Shown: piece by piece, positions 1 through 8,668 of the stretch
Position numbering within the stretch: the stretch's first letter is position 1
How the letters are laid out: the number at the start of each line of letters is the position of its first letter
Assembly: GCA_964652775.1 (NCBI GenBank)
Contig: CAZZAM010000003.1
Location: forward strand, 26,633 to 90,632
Length of the DNA: 64,000 nt
Origin: an uncultured candidatus Brocadiaceae bacterium
GTDB lineage: Bacteria > Planctomycetota > UBA11346
Direction: 5' to 3'
Position numbers and translations under genes: made by a program
The notes under the pieces: model-generated
Database searches by the model: none
Told to the model about the DNA's origin: nothing
The model's input: the letters and a program-made list of their open reading frames with translations, nothing else

Positions 1-330
1 GTGGCGATGTTCGTGCCACGGGGCAGTCATTGTGAGCGTACCTGGCCCAATTAACTGACGCACTCCGCTCGATTGGAAAACCGAAGCTCCGCGTTCCAGA
101 AAGCTGATTTCGACACCCTCATTGCAATGCAGTCCGGTGTGCCAGCCATGTCGGTGGCGACCTTCAACCCAGCCTATCCCGCTGAGTCCAGGCAATATGC
201 CGCGCGGGATGGGTTTGCCCGGATAATGCCCAGCCGACAAGGCATGAAAGTGAACCGTGCCTTGTCGGAGCGCTTCAAATTGCGCCACGCAGTCATCAAT
301 CATCGGTCGCTGCTGACATGGCTTGGGCAT
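1..330 (-). CDS. AraC-family transcriptional regulator, N-terminal cupin part (runs off the window start)
   Basis: Not in the ORF track. Manual translation from ATG at 330: MPKPCQQRPM...GLHCNEGVEISFLERG...LIGPGTLTMTAPWHEHRH, open to the window edge. The HxNEGxE...PW..H pattern fits an AraC ligand-binding cupin. Divergent from the UroD-like gene. The HTH is outside the window. Confidence 0.7.
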   Translation of the reverse strand, partial: MPKPCQQRPMIDDCVAQFEALRQGTVHFHALSAGHYPGKPIPRGILPGLSGIGWVEGRHRHGWHTGLHCNEGVEISFLERGASVFQSSGVRQLIGPGTLTMTAPWHEHRH

Positions 331-409
331 AGTTATAGTTTCCTACGCCGGAGGATCCTGCAAGACGTAGGCAAACAACGGTTACACTCAGGGCAATTGG
401 AGACCCGTC

Positions 410-1465
410 ATGACCCCACGCGAGCGCGTTCTTACCACTTTTTCTCATAGCGAGCCAGATCGGGTTCCACAGTGGTTCGGGATGTCGGAGGAATTCCTGA
501 CCGTGGCGATGACCACCCTGGGCACGGATGCACTGGGCGTACGTCGTCGTCTTGGTGATGACTTCCACCGCATTCATGCCGAGTATCAGCCTGACAAAGT
601 CCAGCTCAGTCCTGGTGCGACGACGCGCACGATATTTGGTGTTGAACGCGCCGGTATTGGCTATGGACAACCACTCGCCCATCCACTGGCCAATGCCACG
701 TTAGAGGAGCTGCATGCGTATCCGTGGCCGAATGCGGCGATTGTCGATGTGTCACGATTGAGCTCAGCCGCTGCCCCGTGGCGTCACGAGTACGCGATCC
801 TCGGCGGCGATTGGTCGCCGTTCTGGCATGACGCCATTGATCTCGTCGGGATGGAACGCCTGTTCGAGATGATGCACGACGACCCACCGTGGGTCGATGC
901 GCTGCTTGGTCACCTGGTTGATTTTTATGTCGCCGCCAACCAGCGGATCTTTGCCGAGGCCGGAAGCGAGATCGACATTTTCTTCATCGGCAACGACTTC
1001 GGCAGTCAAACTGGCCCCCTGCTGAGTCCAAAGTCATTCAATCGATTTATCCTCCCGCAACTGCGACGGCTGATCAACCTGGGGCATGATTACCGGCTCA
1101 AGGTCCAACTACACTGCTGCGGAGGCTTTCGCCCACTAATTCCAGCACTGATCGCTGCCGAACTTGATGCCCTGCACGCTATTCAATGCTCGTGCATCGG
1201 CATGGATCTGGCGTCACTCAAGGCAGATTTTGGAACCCGGTTGGTTCTCAACGGCGGGATCGACTCCCATCACGTGCTTATCGATGGAGATCCCAGCAGT
1301 ATCCGCGAGGATACCCGCAAGGTAATGGAGATTATGATGCCAGGAGGCGGTTTCGTCGCCGGTGCCAGTCACGACTGGATCCTACCGGAAACCCCAGTGG
1401 CCAACGTGGTCGCGATGGCCGACGCGGTGCGCGAATTCGGCGTCTATGCGGATGCATTGGTATGA
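410..1465 (+). CDS. Uroporphyrinogen decarboxylase (UroD/MtaA-CmuA methyltransferase-like) family protein
   Basis: MTPRERV...EPDRVP start, GNDFGSQTGPLLSP, LHCCGG, LVLNGGID, PGGGFVAGASH...ETPVANV; GGAG upstream of the ATG. Confidence 0.85.
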   Translation: MTPRERVLTTFSHSEPDRVPQWFGMSEEFLTVAMTTLGTDALGVRRRLGDDFHRIHAEYQPDKVQLSPGATTRTIFGVERAGIGYGQPLAHPLANATLEELHAYPWPNAAIVDVSRLSSAAAPWRHEYAILGGDWSPFWHDAIDLVGMERLFEMMHDDPPWVDALLGHLVDFYVAANQRIFAEAGSEIDIFFIGNDFGSQTGPLLSPKSFNRFILPQLRRLINLGHDYRLKVQLHCCGGFRPLIPALIAAELDALHAIQCSCIGMDLASLKADFGTRLVLNGGIDSHHVLIDGDPSSIREDTRKVMEIMMPGGGFVAGASHDWILPETPVANVVAMADAVREFGVYADALV

Positions 1466-1491
1466 ACCTAAATTGCTCGGTTGAAATATCC

Positions 1492-1647
1492 CAAGGCAAC
1501 CGCAGAGGCGCAGAGGCCGCTGAGATCGCAGAGCAGAGCGTCAATCGTATCGTCACCCTTTGGGTGAGTGGCGCCAGAAACAGCGATGACTTCTAGCCCA
1601 ATCCCTCTGCGACCTCTGCGTAGCTCTGCGCCTCTGCGGTTGCCTTG
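1492..1647. repeat. Palindromic MITE/REP-like element, CGCAGAGG-unit family, copy 1
   Basis: Left arm caaggcaaccgcagaggcgcagagg... (1492-1533) is near-complementary to right arm ...ctctgcgcctctgcggttgccttg (1605-1647). Intergenic. Confidence 0.9.
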
Positions 1648-1663
1648 AAAAGAGTTATCTAGG

Positions 1664-2020
1664 ATGAAGACACCCATGCCACCACGACGTTACGCCATGG
1701 TGATCGGCCTGCACATCGAGCGCGTCGCTGTTTATAAACAACTCCATGCTGCGGTTTGGCCAGCAGTTCAGACCATGATCACGGCGTGTGGAATCCGTAA
1801 CTATTCGATTCACCTGCGCCAGCTTCCCGATGGAAAACACTACTTATTCAGCTATTTCGAATACGTCGGAACCGACTTCGCCGCCGACATGGCCACGATG
1901 GCGGCTGATCCGACAACCCAGGAGTGGTGGGCGCTCTGCATCCCATGTCAGAACCCGCTCGCCGATCGGTCACCAGGCGAGTGGTGGGCCAGCATGGAAG
2001 AGGTCTATTACCAGGCGTAG
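1664..2020 (+). CDS. rhaM: L-rhamnose mutarotase
   Basis: RYAMVIGL...YKQLHAAVWP...GIRNYSI...LFSYFEY...MAADPTTQEWW...WWASMEEVY match the RhaM family. Confidence 0.85.
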   Translation: MKTPMPPRRYAMVIGLHIERVAVYKQLHAAVWPAVQTMITACGIRNYSIHLRQLPDGKHYLFSYFEYVGTDFAADMATMAADPTTQEWWALCIPCQNPLADRSPGEWWASMEEVYYQA

Positions 2021-2440
2021 GGCAATCTGGATGCGATCTCCTCGTCAGACTCCAAGAAATTACCAGACCAGTGCAGTAAGCAGGTCCGTAGGCTGTCCAG
2101 GGTATACGGCCGAGAGCCGCCGATCATCACTGACCATTTTCTGCGTCAGTGCCGAGGCCATCCCTGGCCCGGCAACATTCGCCAACTGGAATCCGTTATC
2201 GCTGCGTTAGTCGCCAACAGTGGCCGACTGACCATGACTGGAAATGCAGACCGTATAAAAACGCCACTGCCATCTCCGGCTAAACTGGTCTTGCCCGACC
2301 CTCTGCCAACCCTCGACCAGATGCGCGACGTTATGATAGCGGAAGCATTGCGACGCTCGTCCGGCAACCTGAGCGCTGCCAGTAGCATACTTGGCATCAG
2401 TCGATGGGGACTCAGTAAACGGTTGAAGAACCTTCAATAA
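2021..2440 (+). pseudogene. C-terminal fragment of a sigma54-dependent activator (end of AAA+ domain plus Fis-type HTH)
   Basis: Frame is open from 2021: ...HPWPGNIRQLESVI...TLDQMRDVMIAEALRRSSGNLSAASSILGISRWGLSKRLK. No Walker A or GAFTGA. First ATG is at 2234; CTG at 2027. Confidence 0.65.
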
Positions 2441-2670
2441 TCTCTATTGCAGCATTTTGGTATCCGACGGTGATACCAATTAAACTCAACACATCCCGGT
2501 AAGCCCATCCTGCTGTGCGACATCGATCATGCTCTACCCAGGTTCGCCATCCTCGCCTGAAGGACCACTACCACCTACGCCATACGACACCTGAATCTCA
2601 TAGATCAAGACACCTTGACTCCCGACAACGTCACAGATGGACAGGTCCATTCAGGACTCTAGCATCAGGC

Positions 2671-3696
2671 ATGTATTTCCGTCGCTCTGCAGTATGGACC
2701 TGGTTTATCCTGCTTTTCTGCCAAGTCCTGCTGGGAAGTGAAACCACGGTCAGTCCAACCAGTCCTGCAGTGACCATTGAGCTCCAAGCTCGCCGCGCCG
2801 TGGCTGAACACCTCGACCATCTGCCCGGTCAAGAGGAGACACTGGCAATCGACCGAGTCGATGCCTGGCTCCAGCTCGCGGCTAGATGCCAACTTGAAAA
2901 ACATAGAGACGAGGCCAAGGCAGCGCTCACTACTGCTTGCGCGCGTTGGGCGACGATGCTCGAACGCCATCCGCAAAGCTTCGACTGGCAGCCGAACGTG
3001 CTAGCCATGGATACCTGTCGGCCCCTACTCGAAGATTTGCCCAAGGAGGCCGTCGAAATGTTGGGGCGCGAACTGCGACTCGGTGAGGCGCGCTTCGGAG
3101 AAATATCGGTCGAGAGGCTGCGTAAATTGCAGGAGCTCATCGCCCGACCAGAGTCTGCTGGTTACCGGTTCGGCCCACCTCTGCGCCTGTGGACTCGCCA
3201 GATTACCATCGCCGGCGATGAACGGGGCGAACAGATTCTGCCACTGCCCGGGAACGAACTGCCCAGTGGATGCGCCCTGGTTGGGATGCGCATCATGTAT
3301 CGCGGTGTGAGTGTGGGTCTAAATCTGGTTCAGGTCAAAGTGACGCAGCGTATCCAGGCCGGCCAGGCCTGGAATTTGGAGGCCGCAAATCCGCGCGGGT
3401 TCGACCGGGGCGTGAACCAGATCCTCGCCTTACGTCGGCTCGGCCAGGAGGGTCTAGGACTAGCCGTCAGGTTAAACCCGCGGCCACCAGTGGGCACTGA
3501 ACTCACCCTCTGCGTCTACCTGGCAGGCGCCCAGCCGGAGATTGGAACAACTTCGCTGAGCGGACTGATCGAATCAGCCCTCGCCGCCGGACCCGCCGGT
3601 GCAGCCGGTATTCTGTCTGGGGCGGACGCACAGGGACTTCGCCGGTATCCGCGGTTCGCAAGTATCGCCAAGCTGCTGACCGAGGGGAAGCCGTGA
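2671..3696 (+). CDS. Secreted hypothetical protein (gene 1 of HEAT/caspase operon)
   Basis: ATG at 2671 gives the signal-like MYFRRSAVWTWFILLFCQVLLG. Its stop overlaps the next start (GTGA). Confidence 0.7.
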   Translation: MYFRRSAVWTWFILLFCQVLLGSETTVSPTSPAVTIELQARRAVAEHLDHLPGQEETLAIDRVDAWLQLAARCQLEKHRDEAKAALTTACARWATMLERHPQSFDWQPNVLAMDTCRPLLEDLPKEAVEMLGRELRLGEARFGEISVERLRKLQELIARPESAGYRFGPPLRLWTRQITIAGDERGEQILPLPGNELPSGCALVGMRIMYRGVSVGLNLVQVKVTQRIQAGQAWNLEAANPRGFDRGVNQILALRRLGQEGLGLAVRLNPRPPVGTELTLCVYLAGAQPEIGTTSLSGLIESALAAGPAGAAGILSGADAQGLRRYPRFASIAKLLTEGKP

Positions 3697-5771
3697 GAAT
3701 CCTACTGCCTCTTCTGGCTACAACCATGCTAGCCGCCCTGGATCAACGGGTGGAACCGGAGCTACGTCATCATCTTGATAGTCCGCGTGAGTGGGAACGC
3801 CAACACGCCATCGACTGGGCGGCTGGCACCGGCGATTCCGCGATCGCCGTTACGGCGTTGACGCTGCTGGCAACGAAGCCGGATCTGTACGTCGACTTCA
3901 ATTCCATGCGCAAACTCGCCGATGCCGTCCCGAGCGAGACGGCCATCAGTTTGGCTTCGACAGCACCGGCCTGGTTACTGCCTCATCTCATGCGCCGACT
4001 GGCTGGCCAAGGATCGGTCGCCAGCCTGACCCAGGCCCGCGCATGGCGCACGGCCGGCCGGGCCGACCTAGCTCGATTGCTGGCACTAGCAGCCCTGCCA
4101 GCAGTGCCAGCGGGCAATCCCGCACAGGGCGAATTGCTCGATCTGGTGCTGGGCATGCGCGACCCCGATCAGGCCGCTGACGCGATCTCCAGAATACCAT
4201 CAGCATCCTGGGATCGTTCTCTGGCTAGTATGCTGCTGGCCTACAACCAGGAGCGGATCCGCCAGACGGCGATGTCTGCTCTCGTCCGCTCGTACCGAGA
4301 CGCCGATCGCACACCGGAATGGGTCGAGGGCCTGCTCGCCGAACTGGCCACCACCAGTCCGCACCCCAGGATCCGGCTGGAAGCGGTGCAGGCGCTGCGC
4401 TTGGAGTTGCCGCGCCGAGGCCGCGAGACACTCAAAAATCTGTTTCCGACAATGATGCAGGACACGGAAGCTCCGATCAGGGCCGCGGCCTGCATGATTG
4501 CTGCGATTCTTCAGCAATCTCCGGGCGATGAACCGTTGGAGCGTTTGCTCGCCGATGCGCAGGCAGCGGTGCGACACGAGGCCGTGCGCCTGCTCGAAAA
4601 GATCGACACTACACCTGGGCCCGAGCACCTGCTCCGCCTGATCGATGACCCGGATAAGGGCGTGCGCCATGAATTATTCCGGTTGATTCAAATACGGCGA
4701 ATCATACCCACGCCCGCTGCCGCCAGTGCCGTGCTGGCGCGAGCGAAGCAAGGCCTGGACGCAGAAGAGTTGAGCGCCGTCATCATGCTTGATCCTGCAG
4801 CTGGCCTCGCTCTGGCGGCGGAACTCTGCGTCGATGAAAAAAAATCTGCTCCCGTGCGAGTCCGCGCATTTGCGGCACTTCAGGCAGGCAAGTACGAGCG
4901 TGCGGCGGCACTCGCGCAACGCTGCCTCACCGATGCCGATGCGACAGTGCGTTCCATCGCTCGCCGCGTGGCCGCAAAACCATCCGCCACCCAGAACAAC
5001 GGTGACGACCAAGTCGACCCTACGCCCGACGTCGACGACCTCGTGCAGCGCTTCAACGCCGGAGACGCCACCCAACGCCGCGAGCTGTTCGCATCACTCC
5101 AGAAAGAGCCGCAGCTGACTCTGGCACCCATGGTGCTTATCCGTCTCGCCACCAGCAACGACCTATCGCTGGCTCGCGAGGCGGTGCAACGCCTTCCTGC
5201 ATCCAGCCAGTTCTCCATTGGGTCAAACACGTCGGCTTGCCTCGCCGCGCTCAAACTACTCGACAGCCCGGATGGCACCCTGGCGGCCTGGGCGAGCAAA
5301 TGCCTTGCCAGTCTGCCTTATCGGACCTGGCACTCTCAGGACACGCGCATGCCGTTAGACGCCGAGGCCCCTGCCGACCAACTTATTCGCACACTGAGTT
5401 ATCAGCACAATCCGGAGGAAGCCGCCGCTATCACGCTGTTACTTGTCCATCCCAATCGCGCAGTTCGATTTGGGGCCAGAAAGGCCCTCGCTCAACTCGG
5501 ATATCCGCATCCTGCGGTGGCGGACTTCGTGATCGCCGAGATGTTGTCTCAAGCTAAGCCGCGCAATATGCGTTATTTCAACATGCCGTGTCCTTTGCTT
5601 CTTCAGCGGTTGCCAGCCTTCGCCAGCACGTGCTCTCCGGAAGACCTGCAAGCAGTGCGTGCCTGTATCGAGAAGCTGGCTATCGACACGAATAAGACAT
5701 ATGACGCCGACGGCAAAGGGTGGCAGAGATTTCTCACTCAGGTTGCTATCATTAACGAATCCAAGCCATGA
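3693..5771 (+). CDS. Secreted HEAT-repeat (alpha-solenoid) protein
   Basis: Signal-like MRILLPLLATTMLAA; repeated HEAT motifs (PHPRIRLEAVQAL, EAPIRAAAC, QAAVRHEAVRLL, DPDKGVRHEL, DADATVRSIA, NRAVRFGARKAL). Confidence 0.8.
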   Translation: MRILLPLLATTMLAALDQRVEPELRHHLDSPREWERQHAIDWAAGTGDSAIAVTALTLLATKPDLYVDFNSMRKLADAVPSETAISLASTAPAWLLPHLMRRLAGQGSVASLTQARAWRTAGRADLARLLALAALPAVPAGNPAQGELLDLVLGMRDPDQAADAISRIPSASWDRSLASMLLAYNQERIRQTAMSALVRSYRDADRTPEWVEGLLAELATTSPHPRIRLEAVQALRLELPRRGRETLKNLFPTMMQDTEAPIRAAACMIAAILQQSPGDEPLERLLADAQAAVRHEAVRLLEKIDTTPGPEHLLRLIDDPDKGVRHELFRLIQIRRIIPTPAAASAVLARAKQGLDAEELSAVIMLDPAAGLALAAELCVDEKKSAPVRVRAFAALQAGKYERAAALAQRCLTDADATVRSIARRVAAKPSATQNNGDDQVDPTPDVDDLVQRFNAGDATQRRELFASLQKEPQLTLAPMVLIRLATSNDLSLAREAVQRLPASSQFSIGSNTSACLAALKLLDSPDGTLAAWASKCLASLPYRTWHSQDTRMPLDAEAPADQLIRTLSYQHNPEEAAAITLLLVHPNRAVRFGARKALAQLGYPHPAVADFVIAEMLSQAKPRNMRYFNMPCPLLLQRLPAFASTCSPEDLQAVRACIEKLAIDTNKTYDADGKGWQRFLTQVAIINESKP

Positions 5772-8668
5772 TACGCAGCTTAATCCTCGCAACTCTCGGC
5801 CTGGGCCTCGTCGCCGGCGAAGGGCACATCATTGCCACGCCGTCCCTCGACGAGATCAAGAAGGACACCCGCAGCTTCGATACAAACATACGACACAGGG
5901 CACAGGGCCTGCTGTTCTATCTAGAACCAAACGAGCTCGCCGAAATCCGCCAATCCTTCGACAAATTCGGCGGGGTGATGGATGGCTGGCCACCGCTGAT
6001 GGCAGCCGAGATCTGCGCCGGCATGAAGGCGGCGCTGGCCGATGCTCCGAATCACATTGACAGTTTGATGCCGCTGCTGAGCAACCGCGAGCTTGCGCCG
6101 GTGTGCGACGCCGTGACCACCGAACTGCAAAGGCGCTTGGCGAAGGACAAGAGGTTGCAAGGAGGCACCTGGACCGCACTCGCTGCGCGTACCAGTCACG
6201 CCGGACTAACCAAGCTGGTGTTCGCAGCCCTCATCGCCAATCCCAACATGGAGGCTTATCCGCAACCGGCCGCCACATGGATTCCGCTGCTGGAGTCGCT
6301 GCCACCTGCCACCGATATGCCGACCCGAGTGCGCATGCTCCAGCGCGCTAAGCCGGGATTCGCGCAACCTCCGCCCGCCTGCTTGGCCGGCTTGCTGCAC
6401 GACCACGAACCACAGATACGCCGGGCCGCCGCTAATTTACTCAGCGGATCAAGCGAACCCACGGTGCTCAAGCTCGCCAATGAACTTGCTAGCGACGCTG
6501 ATCCCGGTGTTCGCCAGGCTGCCGCCAATAGCATCATCACCTTCCGGCCACAGCCGCCGGCCGAGGCACTCTCTGCGATGTGCGAGGATCCACGCTGGGA
6601 AGCCTGGCACCGGGCCAACGCCTGGACGCAGCGGTTCCAACGGCCAGGCAAAGATCTGATCGAGGCGAGCAAGCGACAGTTCGTCAAAAAGGATTGCGAG
6701 CCGTTCGTGCTGCAGGCGATTGCTGGCGGCCTAGCGAATGCAGGCGAGCAGAGTTGGGTGATTGAGCGCATCACGGGCCTGGATCCAACCGTGCAAGCCA
6801 GCGTGCTACTGCGGCTGTTGTCACATGCCGACAATCGCGTACTCGACGCTGTGCAGGTCGTCATCGTGCACGGCAAAGAACCCGAGGCTGCACGTATGGT
6901 GTCCGGGTTGGCCTCGGCAACCAAAGAGATCGACGTGTTCCCCCTGCTGCTACGCTGCTTGAGCGACAAGCGCAGCGGGGTGCGGATGGCGGCACAACGA
7001 ACCATTGAACAACGAGCCAGCCGGCCAACACCTCGAGCGACGGACCAGGGTAAGGACGCCGTCAAGCCTGACGCCGAAGCCGAACGCATCGCCGCCGTGT
7101 GGCGAAACTGGTACACAACGCATCGCGCCCCACTCGACGCTGCCGGCGAACTGGCCTTGGCCGCCGCTGCGCGCGGCGACCAGTCGGCTCCTCTGCCGGC
7201 AGTGCTGCGCTGGCTCGGCCGCGATGGTGAGGCAGGAGTGCAGGCAATGCAGACCTTGCTCGCTAGCCCCCTGGCTCAGGACGAACGTGTGTGGCTGGCG
7301 CTTCTGCGCGATCCGCAATTTGCGCAGCGTAGCAACGAGATTTCAGTTGGCCTAGCTGACTGCACTCCAAGTCCCGCTCTGCAACAGGCGGTGCTGGACC
7401 GGCTTGCTGGTGGCGAAACCACCTTTGTAGAAACCGCATGCGCCTGGCGCAGTGAATTCATGGCTGCACGATTAACCGAGTTGGTCGTGATCAAAGGCGT
7501 CGGCTGGTACGCAGCCAAGGCCGAATTGGCCGCCTGGTGGCCACAGCAGATTGACACGACGGTGCGCAACACCTTGGCCATACCCGGACCGAAACAACCG
7601 CGCCCTCCGTATGATGTGCTCCAGCGCGCAGTTGCCCTCGTCGTGCTGCGGGCGGAACTGAATAAAGACGCTGCCTCTATAGCCCCGCTGTTTTTACGGA
7701 CGGACATCGATCAATCCCAACTCATGCCGAGCATCGTTCTGCTGGCCGGGCGTGGTGACGCCACGGCGTCCGGAATCTTGGTTAAGGCCATATCGGCCAA
7801 GGCGCAGCCAGTGGCAACCAACGCCGCACTGCAGGGTCTGCTGCGTCAGACTGCCGAAGGCAGAGAACTCCCGACAGGGACACGCGACCAGATCCGACGT
7901 CTAGCCGTGGCCGGCAACAACGAGGTCACTGCCGAGGCGCGAGCAATGGCCATCGCGTTGCTCGCGGCTATAGGCGATCCGACTGCCCCAGATCTCGTAC
8001 ACAAAAACGCCATCGGCGAAGCCTGGGCGACGATCTCTCAGCCGCTGCTGTCAGTCCCGGTGAAGGCCGCTTTACCATCAGTGCGCGAGCTGCTTGCTTT
8101 GGCTCCCAATCAGATGTTCGAGAATCGCTGCAGCGAATGGATCGAGCGCTATGCGCAGCTCAGCCTCTCCGAGCGGAACAAGCTACACTGGCAATCGCAA
8201 GCGGCGCGGCTGGAAGCAGCGGACAAGCTGCGCGGCAAGCCAGTCGATGGTTTATCCGCCGCAATCGTCACCAGTGGGGACCTACATCCGGAACGCGACG
8301 GCACCGCCAAAATCACCATCACGTTGACCAACCACCGCCGCGAAATTTTCGTTCTCACATCGACCACACTGCAAGTAAGCATGGAGCTGGAAGGCTACAA
8401 CGAACACAGCGTCTTTGTTACAACCCAACCAATCGGCACAACCGCACCGATCCGCATCGCCCCAAATGGCGTCGTTCGCCTGCCCGCAGTCATCCCCCAC
8501 TTTCCGGATATCCCAGCCGCTGCTCGCGCCAGTTTTACCATCAACGTCGCCACTGGGTTGAACAGTAGCAACACGACCATGATCGCCAGACTGCCGACCG
8601 AGTGGATCCCAGTAGACCTCATGAATCCGGCGATGCGCATGGTCGAGACCAATGCCGGACTCCGCTGA
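5768..8668 (+). CDS. Secreted HEAT-repeat protein with a C-terminal beta-rich domain
   Basis: Signal-like MIRSLILATLGLGLVAG; HEAT motifs (DHEPQIRRAAANLL, DADPGVRQAAANSI, DKRSGVRMAA); C-terminal strand-rich segment (KITITLTN...); ATGA overlap with the upstream gene. Confidence 0.8.
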   Translation: MIRSLILATLGLGLVAGEGHIIATPSLDEIKKDTRSFDTNIRHRAQGLLFYLEPNELAEIRQSFDKFGGVMDGWPPLMAAEICAGMKAALADAPNHIDSLMPLLSNRELAPVCDAVTTELQRRLAKDKRLQGGTWTALAARTSHAGLTKLVFAALIANPNMEAYPQPAATWIPLLESLPPATDMPTRVRMLQRAKPGFAQPPPACLAGLLHDHEPQIRRAAANLLSGSSEPTVLKLANELASDADPGVRQAAANSIITFRPQPPAEALSAMCEDPRWEAWHRANAWTQRFQRPGKDLIEASKRQFVKKDCEPFVLQAIAGGLANAGEQSWVIERITGLDPTVQASVLLRLLSHADNRVLDAVQVVIVHGKEPEAARMVSGLASATKEIDVFPLLLRCLSDKRSGVRMAAQRTIEQRASRPTPRATDQGKDAVKPDAEAERIAAVWRNWYTTHRAPLDAAGELALAAAARGDQSAPLPAVLRWLGRDGEAGVQAMQTLLASPLAQDERVWLALLRDPQFAQRSNEISVGLADCTPSPALQQAVLDRLAGGETTFVETACAWRSEFMAARLTELVVIKGVGWYAAKAELAAWWPQQIDTTVRNTLAIPGPKQPRPPYDVLQRAVALVVLRAELNKDAASIAPLFLRTDIDQSQLMPSIVLLAGRGDATASGILVKAISAKAQPVATNAALQGLLRQTAEGRELPTGTRDQIRRLAVAGNNEVTAEARAMAIALLAAIGDPTAPDLVHKNAIGEAWATISQPLLSVPVKAALPSVRELLALAPNQMFENRCSEWIERYAQLSLSERNKLHWQSQAARLEAADKLRGKPVDGLSAAIVTSGDLHPERDGTAKITITLTNHRREIFVLTSTTLQVSMELEGYNEHSVFVTTQPIGTTAPIRIAPNGVVRLPAVIPHFPDIPAAARASFTINVATGLNSSNTTMIARLPTEWIPVDLMNPAMRMVETNAGLR

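Noticed and set aside
234-268. 11-bp perfect inverted repeat inside the AraC CDS
   Set aside because: It is a single short stem in coding sequence, with no second copy and no terminator tail.
410-1465. hemE gene symbol
   Set aside because: It lacks the RQAGR motif of true HemE, and the context is sugar metabolism.
2515-2670. His/Arg-rich N-terminal extension of ORF 2515..3696
   Set aside because: It precedes a good signal-peptide start at 2671 and is probably non-coding. Extended starts at 8602, 16072, 40136, 53980 and 57228 were rejected on similar grounds (better coupled or protein-like starts lie downstream).
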